The position numbers and the translations under genes are program-made. The notes under the pieces were generated by a model. That model was not told the DNA's origin. It did not search any database and saw only the letters and a program-made list of their open reading frames with translations. 64,000 bases of DNA from an uncultured Phycisphaerales bacterium (lineage in GTDB: Bacteria > Planctomycetota > Phycisphaerae > Sedimentisphaerales > Anaerobacaceae), in NCBI GenBank assembly GCA_963718665.1, contig OY970359.1:1376001-1440000 (forward strand), read 5' to 3'. Of this stretch, positions 31,369-42,616 are shown piece after piece; position 1 is the first letter of the stretch, and the number at the start of each line of letters is the position of its first letter.

Positions 31369-31401
31369 GCGGCATAGGCAATTAATTGTGGAGTCGAATA
31401 A

Positions 31402-31632
31402 ATGATTGAAGACCTGAAAAATATCGAGTTGGTAAGAAAAGTCGGCGGGCGGTTCAAGTTGACGGCCCTGATTCAGAAACGGCTGATGGAATTGATGCAG
31501 GGCGCGCGGCCTTTGATTGAAGACGCCGAGGGTATGGGCCAGCTTCAAATCGTCGTCGAGGAAATCAAACGCGACAAGATTGCTATCGACTACGAAAACA
31601 GCGACATCGACAAACCAGGCAGCGTTGGGTAA
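31402..31632 (+). CDS. rpoZ: RNA polymerase omega subunit
   Basis: KVGGRFKLTALIQKRL; gmk-rpoZ-coa synteny. Confidence 0.88.
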   Translation: MIEDLKNIELVRKVGGRFKLTALIQKRLMELMQGARPLIEDAEGMGQLQIVVEEIKRDKIAIDYENSDIDKPGSVG

Positions 31633-31665
31633 ACGGTGCCGGGAATTGCTCAAAGGCGGGCATAT

Positions 31666-32247
31666 ATGGCCAAACAAGAATCAAAACTTGATGGCGTTAA
31701 AATTGTGCTGGGGGTCAGCGGAGGCATCGCCGCGTATAAGGCGATTGACCTTGCCAGCAAACTGACGGCCAATGGTGCCGAGGTGAGGACGGTCCTGACC
31801 GAAAACGCCCTTCACTTAGTGGGCGCTGAGAGTTTCGAAGCCGTTACCGGCGGGCCTGTTCATATGAGCATGTGGGAGCAGGAAGAGTTCAGAATCGGGC
31901 ATATTAATCTGGCTGACTGGGCGGACGTAGTTATTGTTGCGCCCGCTACGGCGAACATCTTAGGCAAATTCGCCAACGGCATCTGCGATGACCTGCTCAG
32001 CACGATGCTTTGCGCCTGCTGGGCCAAACCGATGCTTTTTGCGCCGGCGATGAACGATAAGATGTGGACGAACCCCGCGGTGCAGGAGAATGTCAAATTC
32101 GCCGAACGAATCGGCGTTGAGCTTATAGGGCCGCGGCAGGGTCGGCTTGCCTGCGGCACCGAAGGCATCGGCAGGATGGCCGAACCACAGGAAATTTTAG
32201 AGGCGGTCGGAAAAATTGCCGCCGGACTTAAACACAAACACAAGTAG
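31666..32247 (+). CDS. coaC: Phosphopantothenoylcysteine decarboxylase (stand-alone CoaC)
   Basis: GVSGGIAAYK, APATAN, APAMN and LACGTEGIGRM motifs. Confidence 0.92.
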   Translation: MAKQESKLDGVKIVLGVSGGIAAYKAIDLASKLTANGAEVRTVLTENALHLVGAESFEAVTGGPVHMSMWEQEEFRIGHINLADWADVVIVAPATANILGKFANGICDDLLSTMLCACWAKPMLFAPAMNDKMWTNPAVQENVKFAERIGVELIGPRQGRLACGTEGIGRMAEPQEILEAVGKIAAGLKHKHK

Positions 32248-32258
32248 GTTTCTCTAGG

Positions 32259-32915
32259 ATGTATTCTCGAAAGCGACGGCGAAAACTTCAGTTCTTAATT
32301 ACGGCCGGGGGGACGCGAGAATATATTGACCCCGTGCGATTTATTTCCAACGCCAGCAGCGGCAAAATGGGCTATGAGCTCGCGCGGTCGGCGCTTTTGG
32401 CCGGACATAACGTAACGTTGATAGTGGCGCCGACGAATCTGAACGCCCCAAAAGAAGCCAGCGTAATCGAGGTTGAATCCGCCCGCGATATGTTCGAGGC
32501 GGTAAAAGATAAATTTGGCGGATGCGACTGCCTGATTATGACCGCGGCGGTTTCGGATTATACGCCGGCTAAACTCGCCCGGCATAAAATAAAAAAAAGC
32601 CCCGGCGTAGTTACGCTGAGATTAAAACCCACCCAGGATATTTTGAAATGGGCCGGGACCCACAAGAAGCAAAATCAGGTTGTCGTCGGCTTTGCTCTGG
32701 AAGACAGGAATATTAAGGCCGGCGCGGAGCGTAAGATGCGGGATAAGAATCTGGATATGATTATCGCCAACACGCCCGCCGCCATCGGTAACGAGCGGTG
32801 TGAAGTTTGGACAAAAAAAGCCGGCCAGGAATGGTGCAGGTTTGCTGATGCGCCTAAAAAGCACGTTGCCAACCGGCTGATACGACTGATTGAAAAATCG
32901 ATGCGGGTGGATTAG
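32259..32915 (+). CDS. coaB: Phosphopantothenate-cysteine ligase (stand-alone CoaB)
   Basis: ITAGGTREYIDPVRFISNASSGKMG, AAVSDY and VGFALE motifs. Confidence 0.92.
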   Translation: MYSRKRRRKLQFLITAGGTREYIDPVRFISNASSGKMGYELARSALLAGHNVTLIVAPTNLNAPKEASVIEVESARDMFEAVKDKFGGCDCLIMTAAVSDYTPAKLARHKIKKSPGVVTLRLKPTQDILKWAGTHKKQNQVVVGFALEDRNIKAGAERKMRDKNLDMIIANTPAAIGNERCEVWTKKAGQEWCRFADAPKKHVANRLIRLIEKSMRVD

Positions 32916-35174
32916 ATGGAATCAGAAAAAACCTGGCCCGAAACGATTTGTAAAGACCACCAAAAACGACTCATCTTCGGACTTTGTTTGTTACTGGCAA
33001 TCGGCATCATCGTGGTATATGGCCAAACGGCGGGTTTTGATTTTGTGGACTTCGACGATCAGATTCATGTCGTCAACAATCCAATGGTACCCGGGGGATT
33101 GACATGGAGCGGTATTAAATGGGCTTTTACCACGATGTATGCGGGCAACTGGATTCCGCTTGTATGGCTGTCTCTTATGCTCGATAAAAATGTATTCGGA
33201 TTCTGGACCGGCGGTTTTCATTTAGTCAACGTCGCGCTTCATATCGCCAACACAATTTTGCTGTTTTGGGTTTTGAAGCGATATACGAAGGCGGTTTGGG
33301 CAAGCTTCTTTGTGTCGGCGTTATTTGCTTTGCATCCACTGCACGTTGAGTCCGTCGCCTGGGTAACCGAGCGAAAAGACGTTCTTTGTACGCTGTTCTG
33401 GATGCTGACTATGCTGGCATACCTGCGATACGTTGAACGGCGGACGGTCTGGCGATATGTGATAATATTAGTGTTTTTTGCGATCGGTTTGATGGCGAAA
33501 CCAATGGTTGTTACGCTGCCATTTGTGCTTTTTATTATGGATTTTTGGCCTTTGAAGCGTTTGTGGCCCGAGGAGGGAGTTGGCGTTCCGATTTTCCAGC
33601 TGATAATTGAGAAGATACCGTTGCTTATTCTCTCGTTAGCGTCAAGCCGTGTGACTTTTATTGCTCAGAAAATGGGCGGGTCCGTAGCGAATTCAAGTGT
33701 TTTTCCTTTAGGTTATCGTGTCGGCAATGCTTTAGTTTCTTACTGCGACTATATATTGAAGATGTTTTGGCCCGTTGACCTGGCGGTTTTTTATCCTCAT
33801 CCGTCGGCAGGGATTGCGGCTTGGAAGATTGCGACATCAGCGGCGGTTCTTTTGGTGATTACGGTTGTTGTGTTATTGCTTCGACGGCGTCGATATTTAT
33901 TGACAGGGTGGCTGTGGTATCTGGGGACATTAATTCCCGTTATCGGGCTTGTGCAGGTGGGAAGGCAGGCGATGGCCGACCGTTATACCTATATTCCGCT
34001 GACTGGCCTTTTTATTATGCTGGTATGGCTTGCCGGCGATATATCGGGTAAATGGCGTAACAGGGTTTATCTTGTTGGTTTTGCCGGTTTGGTTATTCTC
34101 GGGACGCTGGGGGTTATGACGTTCAGGCAGGTCGGGTACTGGCGTGACACCATATCGCTGTTTACGCATACGGCCGCTGTCACCACGGACAATTATCTCG
34201 CATACAGTACTTTAGGGACTCGTTATGCCCATAATGGCGATCTCGAAAGGGCCAGGAGCAATATTGAGAAGGTAATGAAGGTGAACATGAGGGAAATTGA
34301 CGTTCTTTATAATGTTGCGAAGTGTTTGGATATGATGGGCAGGGCCGACGAAGCGATCGAATACTATAACCGGATTTTGGCGATTACTCCGGGCGAAACA
34401 GATACTTATATTGCTCTGGCCGAAATGGAATCCAAGAGGGGAAATTTTGAGCGCGCAATGGCTATATATCACGATGGGCTTAGATATCATCCTGAAAACG
34501 GGGATTTCCACGGCAGGTTTGGTTCGTTGTTATTGCAGACAGGACAGGTCGATGAGGCGATCAAAGAGCTGGAGACCGCGGTAAAGCTCAAAACGGATTC
34601 GGCGATATACGGAAATCTGGGAGTGGCGATGTTGACTAAGGGCGACGTCGACAAGGCAACGAGATATTTTAACGGGGCAATTCAGATTGATCCGGCCAAT
34701 GCGGAAGCACACTACAATCTCGGCAATACTTTTCTCGCGCAGGACCTGCCGGCAAAAGCGGTCGGCGAATACGAGATGGCAATTAGGGCAAAGCCGAACT
34801 ATGCCAAGGCATACAGCAATCTTGGTGTGGCATTTACGCAGATGGGGCAGACCGATAGGGCGATTGAGGGCTTTCATCGTGCAGTTGAACTCGACCCTAA
34901 TAATATCGAAGCACATTTCAATCTCGCTATGACGATAGCCGGCAAAGGGTTGATTGATGAGGCGGTTGAGCATTTGCATAAAGTTGTCGAATTGGTTCCT
35001 CAGAACACAACGGCTCACTGCCGGCTTGCAGAAATGCTGCTTCTTCAGGGTAAGATTGAACAGGCGACCGCTGAATATGAGCAGGCTTTGAAAATCGACC
35101 CTGCCGACAAAAATGCCCGGGTAGGTTTGGAAAAAATCCGTGCTGCGCAAAAAGGCAGTTCGCCTAAGCAATAA
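32916..35174 (+). CDS. TMTC-like multi-TM protein with C-terminal TPR array (GT-C glycosyltransferase-like)
   Basis: DFVDFDD loop, FALHPLHVESVAWVTERKD, AKPM and ADRYTY motifs, followed by about 10 TPR units. Confidence 0.85.
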   Translation: MESEKTWPETICKDHQKRLIFGLCLLLAIGIIVVYGQTAGFDFVDFDDQIHVVNNPMVPGGLTWSGIKWAFTTMYAGNWIPLVWLSLMLDKNVFGFWTGGFHLVNVALHIANTILLFWVLKRYTKAVWASFFVSALFALHPLHVESVAWVTERKDVLCTLFWMLTMLAYLRYVERRTVWRYVIILVFFAIGLMAKPMVVTLPFVLFIMDFWPLKRLWPEEGVGVPIFQLIIEKIPLLILSLASSRVTFIAQKMGGSVANSSVFPLGYRVGNALVSYCDYILKMFWPVDLAVFYPHPSAGIAAWKIATSAAVLLVITVVVLLLRRRRYLLTGWLWYLGTLIPVIGLVQVGRQAMADRYTYIPLTGLFIMLVWLAGDISGKWRNRVYLVGFAGLVILGTLGVMTFRQVGYWRDTISLFTHTAAVTTDNYLAYSTLGTRYAHNGDLERARSNIEKVMKVNMREIDVLYNVAKCLDMMGRADEAIEYYNRILAITPGETDTYIALAEMESKRGNFERAMAIYHDGLRYHPENGDFHGRFGSLLLQTGQVDEAIKELETAVKLKTDSAIYGNLGVAMLTKGDVDKATRYFNGAIQIDPANAEAHYNLGNTFLAQDLPAKAVGEYEMAIRAKPNYAKAYSNLGVAFTQMGQTDRAIEGFHRAVELDPNNIEAHFNLAMTIAGKGLIDEAVEHLHKVVELVPQNTTAHCRLAEMLLLQGKIEQATAEYEQALKIDPADKNARVGLEKIRAAQKGSSPKQ

Positions 35175-35270
35175 AAACATAGAAATGCTTTACGTTTTTA
35201 TTCCGAAGACCGCTTTGAGCCAGGTTTTCGCCATAAGATGAGTGCCCGCCATTTCAATTCTCCTGAATTA

Positions 35271-35795
35271 CTAATCTTTGATGCCCAGGTCGTCTTTGGT
35301 CAATAGCGACTCGAATTTGTAGCCCGCTGATGTGATATTCTTGCCCGCGCCCTGTTTGCGGTCGATAACAGCGACGATTTTCTTTATTTTTGCTCCCGCC
35401 TCGGTGATTACCTTCGCGGCCTCAAGCACCTGTCCTCCCGTTGTAGCGATATCCTCAACGAGCAGCACAACATCGCCTTTATTGAGTTTTCCCTCGACGA
35501 GCTTTCCCGTGCCGTAGTCCTTTTTACTGTTTCGGATAATGACCCAGTTTTTGCCCGTCTCCATTGCCGCCGCCGCCGCAAGAGCGACGCCGCCGAGTTC
35601 CGCGCCGGCGATTAAAGTTACATCGCTGCCGACGTGCTTGGCGAATTCCTTGCCCAGCTCTTTGAGGATATCCGGGCAGGTCTCGAAGAGATACTTATCG
35701 AGATAGTATTTGCTGCGTTTGCCGCTTCTCAGAATAAAATCGCCCTCAAGATACGCCGTTTCCTTTACGCGTTTGATTAATTCGTTTCTGGTCAC
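35271..35795 (-). CDS. pyrE: Orotate phosphoribosyltransferase
   Basis: GDFILRSGKRSKYYLD, K.YGT and LVEDIATTGG motifs. Confidence 0.95.
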   Translation of the reverse strand: MTRNELIKRVKETAYLEGDFILRSGKRSKYYLDKYLFETCPDILKELGKEFAKHVGSDVTLIAGAELGGVALAAAAAMETGKNWVIIRNSKKDYGTGKLVEGKLNKGDVVLLVEDIATTGGQVLEAAKVITEAGAKIKKIVAVIDRKQGAGKNITSAGYKFESLLTKDDLGIKD

Positions 35796-35807
35796 TTTGC
35801 GGTTCCT

Positions 35808-37247
35808 TTATACGTGGAGGTCAACTTTTCGATTAAGCTGCTGTTTATATTTTCTTATTGCCGGGATTGCCACTTGTTTTATGAAATTATCGACCTGGTG
35901 AGGTGCGAGGCCGACGTAATCCTTTGAGTTCAGCACTTTGGCAAAATCAACTTTCGCAAATGCGGCGTCTGCTTTGAGCCGGTTGATGAGGTCGTTGGGT
36001 TCGCCAAGTTGTTTTACCTGTGCTGCGGCCTCGTGCGAGTGCCGTCTTATTTTTTCGTGGATTTCTTGTCTGTGGCCGCCTGCTTTTACAGCGGCCATAA
36101 GGATGTTTTCCGTTGCCATAAAAGGCAGTTCCGCTGCGACGTGTGAAGAGATAACCCGTGGATAGACGACAAGGCCATCGAGAACATTAGTCAGGATTTC
36201 GAGAATACCATCGACCGCCAAAAACGCCTCCGGGATAACGAGTCGTCGGTTTGCAGAATCATCTAATGTGCGTTCGAACCATTGTTGCGAGGCAGTCATA
36301 GCGGGGCTTGTCGCTAACGATAAGACGAATCTCGATAGCGCGGTTACCCTTTCGCATCGCATCGGGTTGCGTTTGTAAGCCATAGCAGATGAACCCACCT
36401 GCGATTTCTCAAACGGCTCTTCGATTTCTTTTAGGTTTGCCAGCAATCGCAGGTCAGTGCAGAGCTTCTGGGCGGATTGGGCGATTAAGGCAAGGGCGTT
36501 TATGGCCAGTGTATCGATTTTTCGCTGATACGTCTGGCCTGTTACGGCACAGATGTTTTTGAAGCCGAATGCCGCAGCGACCATTTTATCAAGCCGGTCA
36601 ACTTTATTCTGGTTGCCGTCGAATAAGGCGAGGAACGATGCCTGTGTTCCCGTCGTGCCTTTGATGCCCCTGAAGGGTAGCGTATCTAATCGGTGTTCGA
36701 TTTCTTTGAGGTCCATCGCGAATTCGTAGCACCACAGCGTCGCGCGTTTGCCGACGGTGGTCAGTTGTGCGGGCTGATAATGCGTGAAGCCTAGTGTCGG
36801 CGTCGCCTTGTATTTTTTTGCGAACCGCGCCAGCAGGTTTATTGCCGCTGCGACTTTGCCCGCGGTGATTCGCAGGCCCTCGCGAATAATAATCAAATCG
36901 GCGTTGTCGCTGATATCGCAGCTCGTCGCGCCGAGGTGGATAATCGGCGCTGCTTTCGGAGCCGCATCAGCGAACGTGTGAATATGCGCCATAACGTCGT
37001 GGCGAACCTTCTTTTCATATTCCGCGGCCTTCTTAAAGTTGATGTCGTCGAGGTGCCGGGCCATTTCAGTGATTTGCGCGTTGGATATTTTCAGGCCGAG
37101 CTTTTTTTCCGTCTTTGCCAGCTCAAGCCATATTCGCCGCCACGTGCCGAATTTCTTCTGTGGCCCGAATAACTCTGCCATTTCCTTCGATGCATTTCTT
37201 TCCACCAGCGGGCTTGTATAAGTGCTTGTGTTCTCTGTCATTTTCAA
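35808..37247 (-). CDS. purB: Adenylosuccinate lyase
   Basis: RHDVMAH, IHLGATS, GSSAMAYKRNP and ERTLDDSA motifs. Confidence 0.96.
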   Translation of the reverse strand: MKMTENTSTYTSPLVERNASKEMAELFGPQKKFGTWRRIWLELAKTEKKLGLKISNAQITEMARHLDDINFKKAAEYEKKVRHDVMAHIHTFADAAPKAAPIIHLGATSCDISDNADLIIIREGLRITAGKVAAAINLLARFAKKYKATPTLGFTHYQPAQLTTVGKRATLWCYEFAMDLKEIEHRLDTLPFRGIKGTTGTQASFLALFDGNQNKVDRLDKMVAAAFGFKNICAVTGQTYQRKIDTLAINALALIAQSAQKLCTDLRLLANLKEIEEPFEKSQVGSSAMAYKRNPMRCERVTALSRFVLSLATSPAMTASQQWFERTLDDSANRRLVIPEAFLAVDGILEILTNVLDGLVVYPRVISSHVAAELPFMATENILMAAVKAGGHRQEIHEKIRRHSHEAAAQVKQLGEPNDLINRLKADAAFAKVDFAKVLNSKDYVGLAPHQVDNFIKQVAIPAIRKYKQQLNRKVDLHV

Positions 37248-37253
37248 TCCTTT

Positions 37254-38222
37254 TTATTTGGCTAATTTATTTTCACGTTCAGCGAGTAATTTTTCGATTT
37301 CGGCTATATCGTTTTTGGTCAGTATCCAGTCGGCGGCGGGGGCGGTTTCAGCGATTTGGGACGGTTTTCGTGCGCCGACGATTGCCGCGGTCACTTCAGG
37401 CCTGCGAAGAACCCAGGCGATAGCTAACTGGGCGAGCGTCTTTTTGTTTCTTTCGGCGATTGGTCTTAGTTTATCGACGAACGCAAGGGTCGCGGAAAAT
37501 TCCGGCTCTTGGTAATCGCTGCTTTTGAGCCGATGGTCGTCGGGCGCAAGCGTCGCGAGGTATTTTTTGCTGAATTTACCCGTCAGTAATCCCCGCTGCA
37601 TAGGGCTATAAGCAACAACGCCGATATTGTTTTTTGCGCAATAGGGTAACAATTCCGCCTCAACCCCTCTGCGAATCATACTGTAAGGCGGCTGCAAAGA
37701 AATAACCGGCGCAATTTTGCGGATTCGGTCGAGCTGGGCCGTATTGTAATTGCATACTCCGATGTATCTGACTTTGCCCTGCTTTTGCAGCCGGGCCATT
37801 TCTCCCCAGCCCTCTTCGATATCCTTTTCCGGGTCGGGCCAGTGCATCTGATACAGGTCAATTACTTCAACACCGAGGCGCTTCAAGCTTTCTTCGCACT
37901 CTTTGCGGATGCTTTCCGCCTTAAGACAGCCGATTTTTTCTCTTTTATCATTCCAGAGTAAGCTGCACTTGGTAGCGATAATGGGCTTTATTTTAGTTTG
38001 CTTTAATGCCCTGCCGACAAGTTCTTCGGAATGTCCGCAGCCGTAGATTGCCGCGGTGTCAATCCAGTTTATACCGAGGTCGATGGCCTTCAAGATTGCG
38101 GCTATCGCCTCGTTTTCATCCTGCGGGCCCCAGCCGTATTGCCAGGGGCCGCCTATGGCCCAGGTGCCTAAGCCAACGACAGTCAGTTCCAAATCCGTAT
38201 TACCAAGTCGTCTTGTGCGCAT
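37254..38222 (-). CDS. Aldo/keto reductase
   Basis: GLGTWAIGG, DTAAIYG, IATK, DLYQMHWP and AYSPMQRGLLTGK motifs. Confidence 0.93.
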   Translation of the reverse strand: MRTRRLGNTDLELTVVGLGTWAIGGPWQYGWGPQDENEAIAAILKAIDLGINWIDTAAIYGCGHSEELVGRALKQTKIKPIIATKCSLLWNDKREKIGCLKAESIRKECEESLKRLGVEVIDLYQMHWPDPEKDIEEGWGEMARLQKQGKVRYIGVCNYNTAQLDRIRKIAPVISLQPPYSMIRRGVEAELLPYCAKNNIGVVAYSPMQRGLLTGKFSKKYLATLAPDDHRLKSSDYQEPEFSATLAFVDKLRPIAERNKKTLAQLAIAWVLRRPEVTAAIVGARKPSQIAETAPAADWILTKNDIAEIEKLLAERENKLAK

Positions 38223-38483
38223 AGCCAAACTCCGAAATAGGAATATCTAGTAATAGGATATTGCCGAACAGCACGTTTAGCAACACTGTTAAGTAGTTTT
38301 TTCGGGTGCGGCAACGATTCGTTGGTGTGTGAAATTTAATACTTGCATTGCCAGCAATAATTAGTTATACTTATGCAATTCCCATTGCCGCTTATATTAG
38401 ATGCTAATCACCATGAAATTTTATAGACAGGCAGGTCGAATTGTATATGGTGTTCAGCATAACATTTTTGAAGTGAGTTTTTA

Positions 38484-40480
38484 ATGCAGCAAGAACCAAA
38501 CTTACAGCAGAAGCTGAAAGATCTGGTAATAGGCAAATCCCGCAGCCCGCGGGATACACGGATTTTCCACAAACTTTCACTCATAGCGTTTTTTGCCTGG
38601 GTTGGGCTTGGCGCCGACGGCCTGTCGTCTTCCTGTTACGGTCCGCAGGAGGCGTTCCTGGCGCTGGGTCATCATCCGTATTTGGCTGTTTTTGTCGCGA
38701 TTGCCACGGCGCTGACGGTTTTCGTCATCAGCGCCAGTTACTCACAAATAGTCGAGCTTTTCCCCACGGGCGGCGGCGGATATCTTGTCGCAAGCAAATT
38801 ATTATCACCCGGACTGGGGATGCTCTCCGGCTGCGCACTGCTCATCGACTACGTGCTGACAATCGCCGTTTCAATCGCCAGCGGTACTGACGCTCTATGT
38901 AGCTCGCTTCCTTTGAAATGGCAGTCATACCGCCTCAGCTTCGCGGTGTGCGTTGTTTTGCTGATGACGCTGCTGAATACGAGAGGGGTCAAAGAATCGA
39001 TATTGCCGTTGGTCCCGATATTTCTGGCGTTTTTGGTGACCCACATCTTCGTAATCCTGTACGCGGTATTTACGCATCTGCCGGCACTGAAAGGGATTGC
39101 GGTTTCCACCGGCACCGATGTGCACAGCAGCATTTCTGAGGTTGGTTTCTGGGGGATGTTTTTTCTGATAGTGCGTGCGTATAGTATGGGCGCAGGCACA
39201 TTCACCGGAATTGAGGCGGTGAGTAACGGCATACCGGTTCTAAGGGAGCCGAGGGCAGAAACCGCCAGACACACGATGCGATATATGGCCTTTTCGCTCG
39301 CCTTTATGGTTCTCGGACTGGCGATTGGGTATCTGATTTACGGAGTAACATCTGAGCCCGGCAAGACCTTAAACGCGGTTCTTTTTGAGCGGGCGACACA
39401 GGGTTGGAATACCAATTGCGCAGTCGCTCTCATTTTTGTTGCGCTTATGTCGGAGGCGACGCTTCTGTTTGTTGCCGCCCAGACCGGATTTCTGGATGGC
39501 CCCAGGGTGCTGGCGAATATGTCTCTCGACAGGTGGTTTCCCACAAGGTTCTCAGCGCTTAGCGACCGGCTGGTAATCCAGAAGGGAATCATGATTATGG
39601 GAGGCCTGTCCCTTGTAATAATGATTATCTCCAAGGGTTCAGTCAGATTCCTCGTTGTTCTTTACAGTATCAACGTTTTCATCACTTTTGCCCTGTCCCA
39701 GCTTGGTATGGTTCGGCATTGGTGGAACGACCGTTTTACCGTAAGGGGCTGGCGCAGAAAGTTGTTTATTAACGGAATAGGGCTGGTTTTGACCGTCTCT
39801 ATTCTTGCGATGATGGTTATATTCAAGTTTTTTGAGGGCGGATGGATAACGCTGTTGATAACAGGAGCACTGGTCGGGCTGGCGATTCTTATAAAACGAC
39901 ATTACCATAACGTCTGGCTGCTTCTCCGCCGACTCGACAATCTTGTAACCAAGCCGGAGTTTTCGGATGCCGGTCTTCTGTCGGGAACGGCTGCGCCGGT
40001 TGTCGAGCCGAAGTTTGACCCCAACGGCAGGACCGCGGTTCTGCTTGTCAGCGGTTTCAACGGGATGGGATTGCACACGCTGTTTAACGTGATGCGACTA
40101 TTCGGCGGCGTCTTCAAGAATTTCATCTTTGTCCAGGTCGGCGTCATAGACGTCGGTAATTTCAAAGGGCGCAGGAGGTCGGGAATCTCGAATCGCAGGC
40201 CAAAGTTGAGGTCAGCTGTTACGTTAATCTTATGAGAAGAAACGGATTGTATGCCGAGGGCATTTCCGAAATTGGCGTTGACATAGTTGACGAGGTTATG
40301 AAAATCACCCCTAAGATTATTGAGCGATTCCCCTCGGCGATGTTCTTCGGCGGACAGCTTGTCTTTGAAAAGGATTCCTTTGTCCACCGGTTTCTTCATA
40401 ACCACATAGTATTTTCCCTGCAAAGAAAGTTATACCACCAGGGCATTCCTTTTGTAATACTGCCCATACGTGTGTACTAA
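38484..40480 (+). CDS. APC-family permease (KimA/YdaO-like), frameshift near 40168
   Basis: GADGLSSSCYG, GGGGY and TGIEAVSNG motifs. Adding one G to GGG at 40167-40169 joins ORF 40232-40480 (KGAQEVGNLE..MRRNG), about 665 aa. Confidence 0.85.
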
Positions 40481-40513
40481 GAGTTTGACAGTCTTAATGA
40501 AAGGGCATATCGA

Positions 40514-42616
40514 ATGACCGGAAGAGTAAGCTCATTGGTCGTGATGGCAGCCGCTGCGTTCGCTAACGGACAAACTTTGCAGCGCCCGCAAAACATGATA
40601 CCGGTTACTGACGGCTGGAAGTTCATAAGGGCCGATGTGAATAACGCCGAAACGGTTGCTTTTGACGATTCGGAATGGTCTAAGGTAACACTGCCGCATA
40701 CCTGGAACGATAAAGACACTCTCGGTGGCCCTAACTATTATCGCGGCCCCGGCTGGTATCGAACAAAGCTGGTTATACCGGAATCCGCAAAGGGCCAGCG
40801 GGTATTTATTCAGTTTGAGGCGGCGAGTTTGGTCGCCGACGTGTATTTCAACGGCGTGCATCTTGGACAGCACCGCGGAGGATTTACCGCCTTTTGTTAT
40901 GAGCTTACGCCATACATTAAAAAGAATAGCCCGAATATTCTTGCGGTGCGGGTTGACAATTCGTCTTTCGCGGATGTCCCGCCTTTGAGCGGCGATTTCA
41001 ATATCCAGGGTGGCATTTATCGCTCCGTCTGGTTAATCGTCAAAAATCCCGTCTGCATAACGCCTCTCGATTACGCCTCGCCGGGAATATATATAAAGCA
41101 AACCGAAGTTACAAAAGAAGAAGCGATAGTCGATGTTCTGGCGAAGGTTTCAAACGGACTCGATAAGCAGGCAATAATTAAATCGCGTGTTACGATATTT
41201 GATGCCGATTCAGCGACGGTTGCGAAGGCAGAAGAACCGGCACAGGTCGAGCCGGGCCAGACGAAAAGCGTGAATAACCGGATTCGGATTGCCAATCCGC
41301 ATTTGTGGAATGGCCGTGAAGACCCATACCTTTATCAGGTGAAAGTCGAATTAGTTTGCGACGGCAACAAGGTGGTCGATGAGGTGACTGAGCAGATGGG
41401 ATTGCGTTACTACAGCGTCGATGCGAACAAGGGCTTCTTCCTCAATGGCGAGTCGTATCCGCTCCACGGCGTCTGCCGCCATCAGGACAGAGTCGGTAAG
41501 GGATGGGCAATCAGTTATGCAGACCAGGATGAAGATGCGAACATGATTATGGAAATCGGCGCGACTTGTGTTCGGCTGGCGCACTATCCGCACTCGAATT
41601 ATTTTCTTTCGCTTTGCGACAAAACCGGCCTTGTCGTCTGGGCGGAAATACCTTTGGTCAATCAGGTATATGGTACTCCCGCTTTTGCGGAAAACGCGAA
41701 ACAGCAGTTAACGGAGCTTATCCGCCAGAGATATAACCACCCGTCGATTTTTTTCTGGAGTTTATACAATGAGCTTGGCAATTCAGGCAAATGTGATGAC
41801 CCAAGACCGTTGTTGACCGAGCTGCAATCACTGGCAAAACAGGAGGATTCCACCCGCCTTACGACAGCCGCATCAAATGACCCCAGCAACAAATGGCCTG
41901 GCGTGCGCAAGATAGCCGACTTGATTGCCTGGAATCCGTATCCCGGCTGGTATTACGGCAGCCCGCCTCAGATGAAACAGCTCCTGGATAAATACAAAAA
42001 AGACGCCAATGATAAGCCGATTGGTGTCAGCGAATACGGGGCAGGGGCGAATATTAAGCAGCACGAGCAGAATATGAAAAAAGGGCCGACGCCGGGAGGC
42101 AAATGGCATCCGGAAGAATGGCAGGCGATTGTCCACGAGGAAGATTATGCCGCAATGGAAGCGAGACCTTATCTTTGGGGTACTTTCGCGTGGGTGATGT
42201 TTGATTTTGGCTCAGCCGGGCGAAACGAAGGAGATACCCACGGCATTAATGACAAAGGGCTTGTTACCGCAGACAGAAAGACCCGTAAAGACGCCTTTTA
42301 TTTTTACAAAGCAAAGTGGTCAGCCGAGCCGGTTGTGTATATCACCAGCCGACGTCACACCGAGCGAACGGACCCGAATACGATGGTGAAGATTTATTCA
42401 AACTGTGATTCGGTTGAACTGAAAGTTAACGGCCAGTCTCTCGGCAGCAAGACGGAAACAAGTCGCGTATTCAAATGGTTCGACATCCGCCTAAAACCCG
42501 GCCTTAATACAATCGAGGTGGCCGCAACCCACGACGGCAAAACATACTCCGACAAGTGCGAATGGACTTTGATGCCTCCAGTCGAGCCGAATCAGGCCAC
42601 AGAGCCGAACAAGTAA
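40514..42616 (+). CDS. Secreted GH2 glycoside hydrolase (beta-galactosidase-like)
   Basis: LPHTWN, GGIYRSV, GVCRHQD, RLAHYP, NHPSIFFWSLYNE and VSEYGAG motifs. Confidence 0.93.
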   Translation: MTGRVSSLVVMAAAAFANGQTLQRPQNMIPVTDGWKFIRADVNNAETVAFDDSEWSKVTLPHTWNDKDTLGGPNYYRGPGWYRTKLVIPESAKGQRVFIQFEAASLVADVYFNGVHLGQHRGGFTAFCYELTPYIKKNSPNILAVRVDNSSFADVPPLSGDFNIQGGIYRSVWLIVKNPVCITPLDYASPGIYIKQTEVTKEEAIVDVLAKVSNGLDKQAIIKSRVTIFDADSATVAKAEEPAQVEPGQTKSVNNRIRIANPHLWNGREDPYLYQVKVELVCDGNKVVDEVTEQMGLRYYSVDANKGFFLNGESYPLHGVCRHQDRVGKGWAISYADQDEDANMIMEIGATCVRLAHYPHSNYFLSLCDKTGLVVWAEIPLVNQVYGTPAFAENAKQQLTELIRQRYNHPSIFFWSLYNELGNSGKCDDPRPLLTELQSLAKQEDSTRLTTAASNDPSNKWPGVRKIADLIAWNPYPGWYYGSPPQMKQLLDKYKKDANDKPIGVSEYGAGANIKQHEQNMKKGPTPGGKWHPEEWQAIVHEEDYAAMEARPYLWGTFAWVMFDFGSAGRNEGDTHGINDKGLVTADRKTRKDAFYFYKAKWSAEPVVYITSRRHTERTDPNTMVKIYSNCDSVELKVNGQSLGSKTETSRVFKWFDIRLKPGLNTIEVAATHDGKTYSDKCEWTLMPPVEPNQATEPNK

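Noticed and set aside
31666..32915. coaBC broken by a frameshift
   Set aside because: Both halves are complete domains with their own stop and start and an 11-bp spacer with no GCGC; separate coaC and coaB genes are a known arrangement.
38229..38483. c-di-AMP (ydaO) riboswitch upstream of the KimA-like permease
   Set aside because: The region is AT-rich and I could not find the conserved ydaO motif elements by eye.
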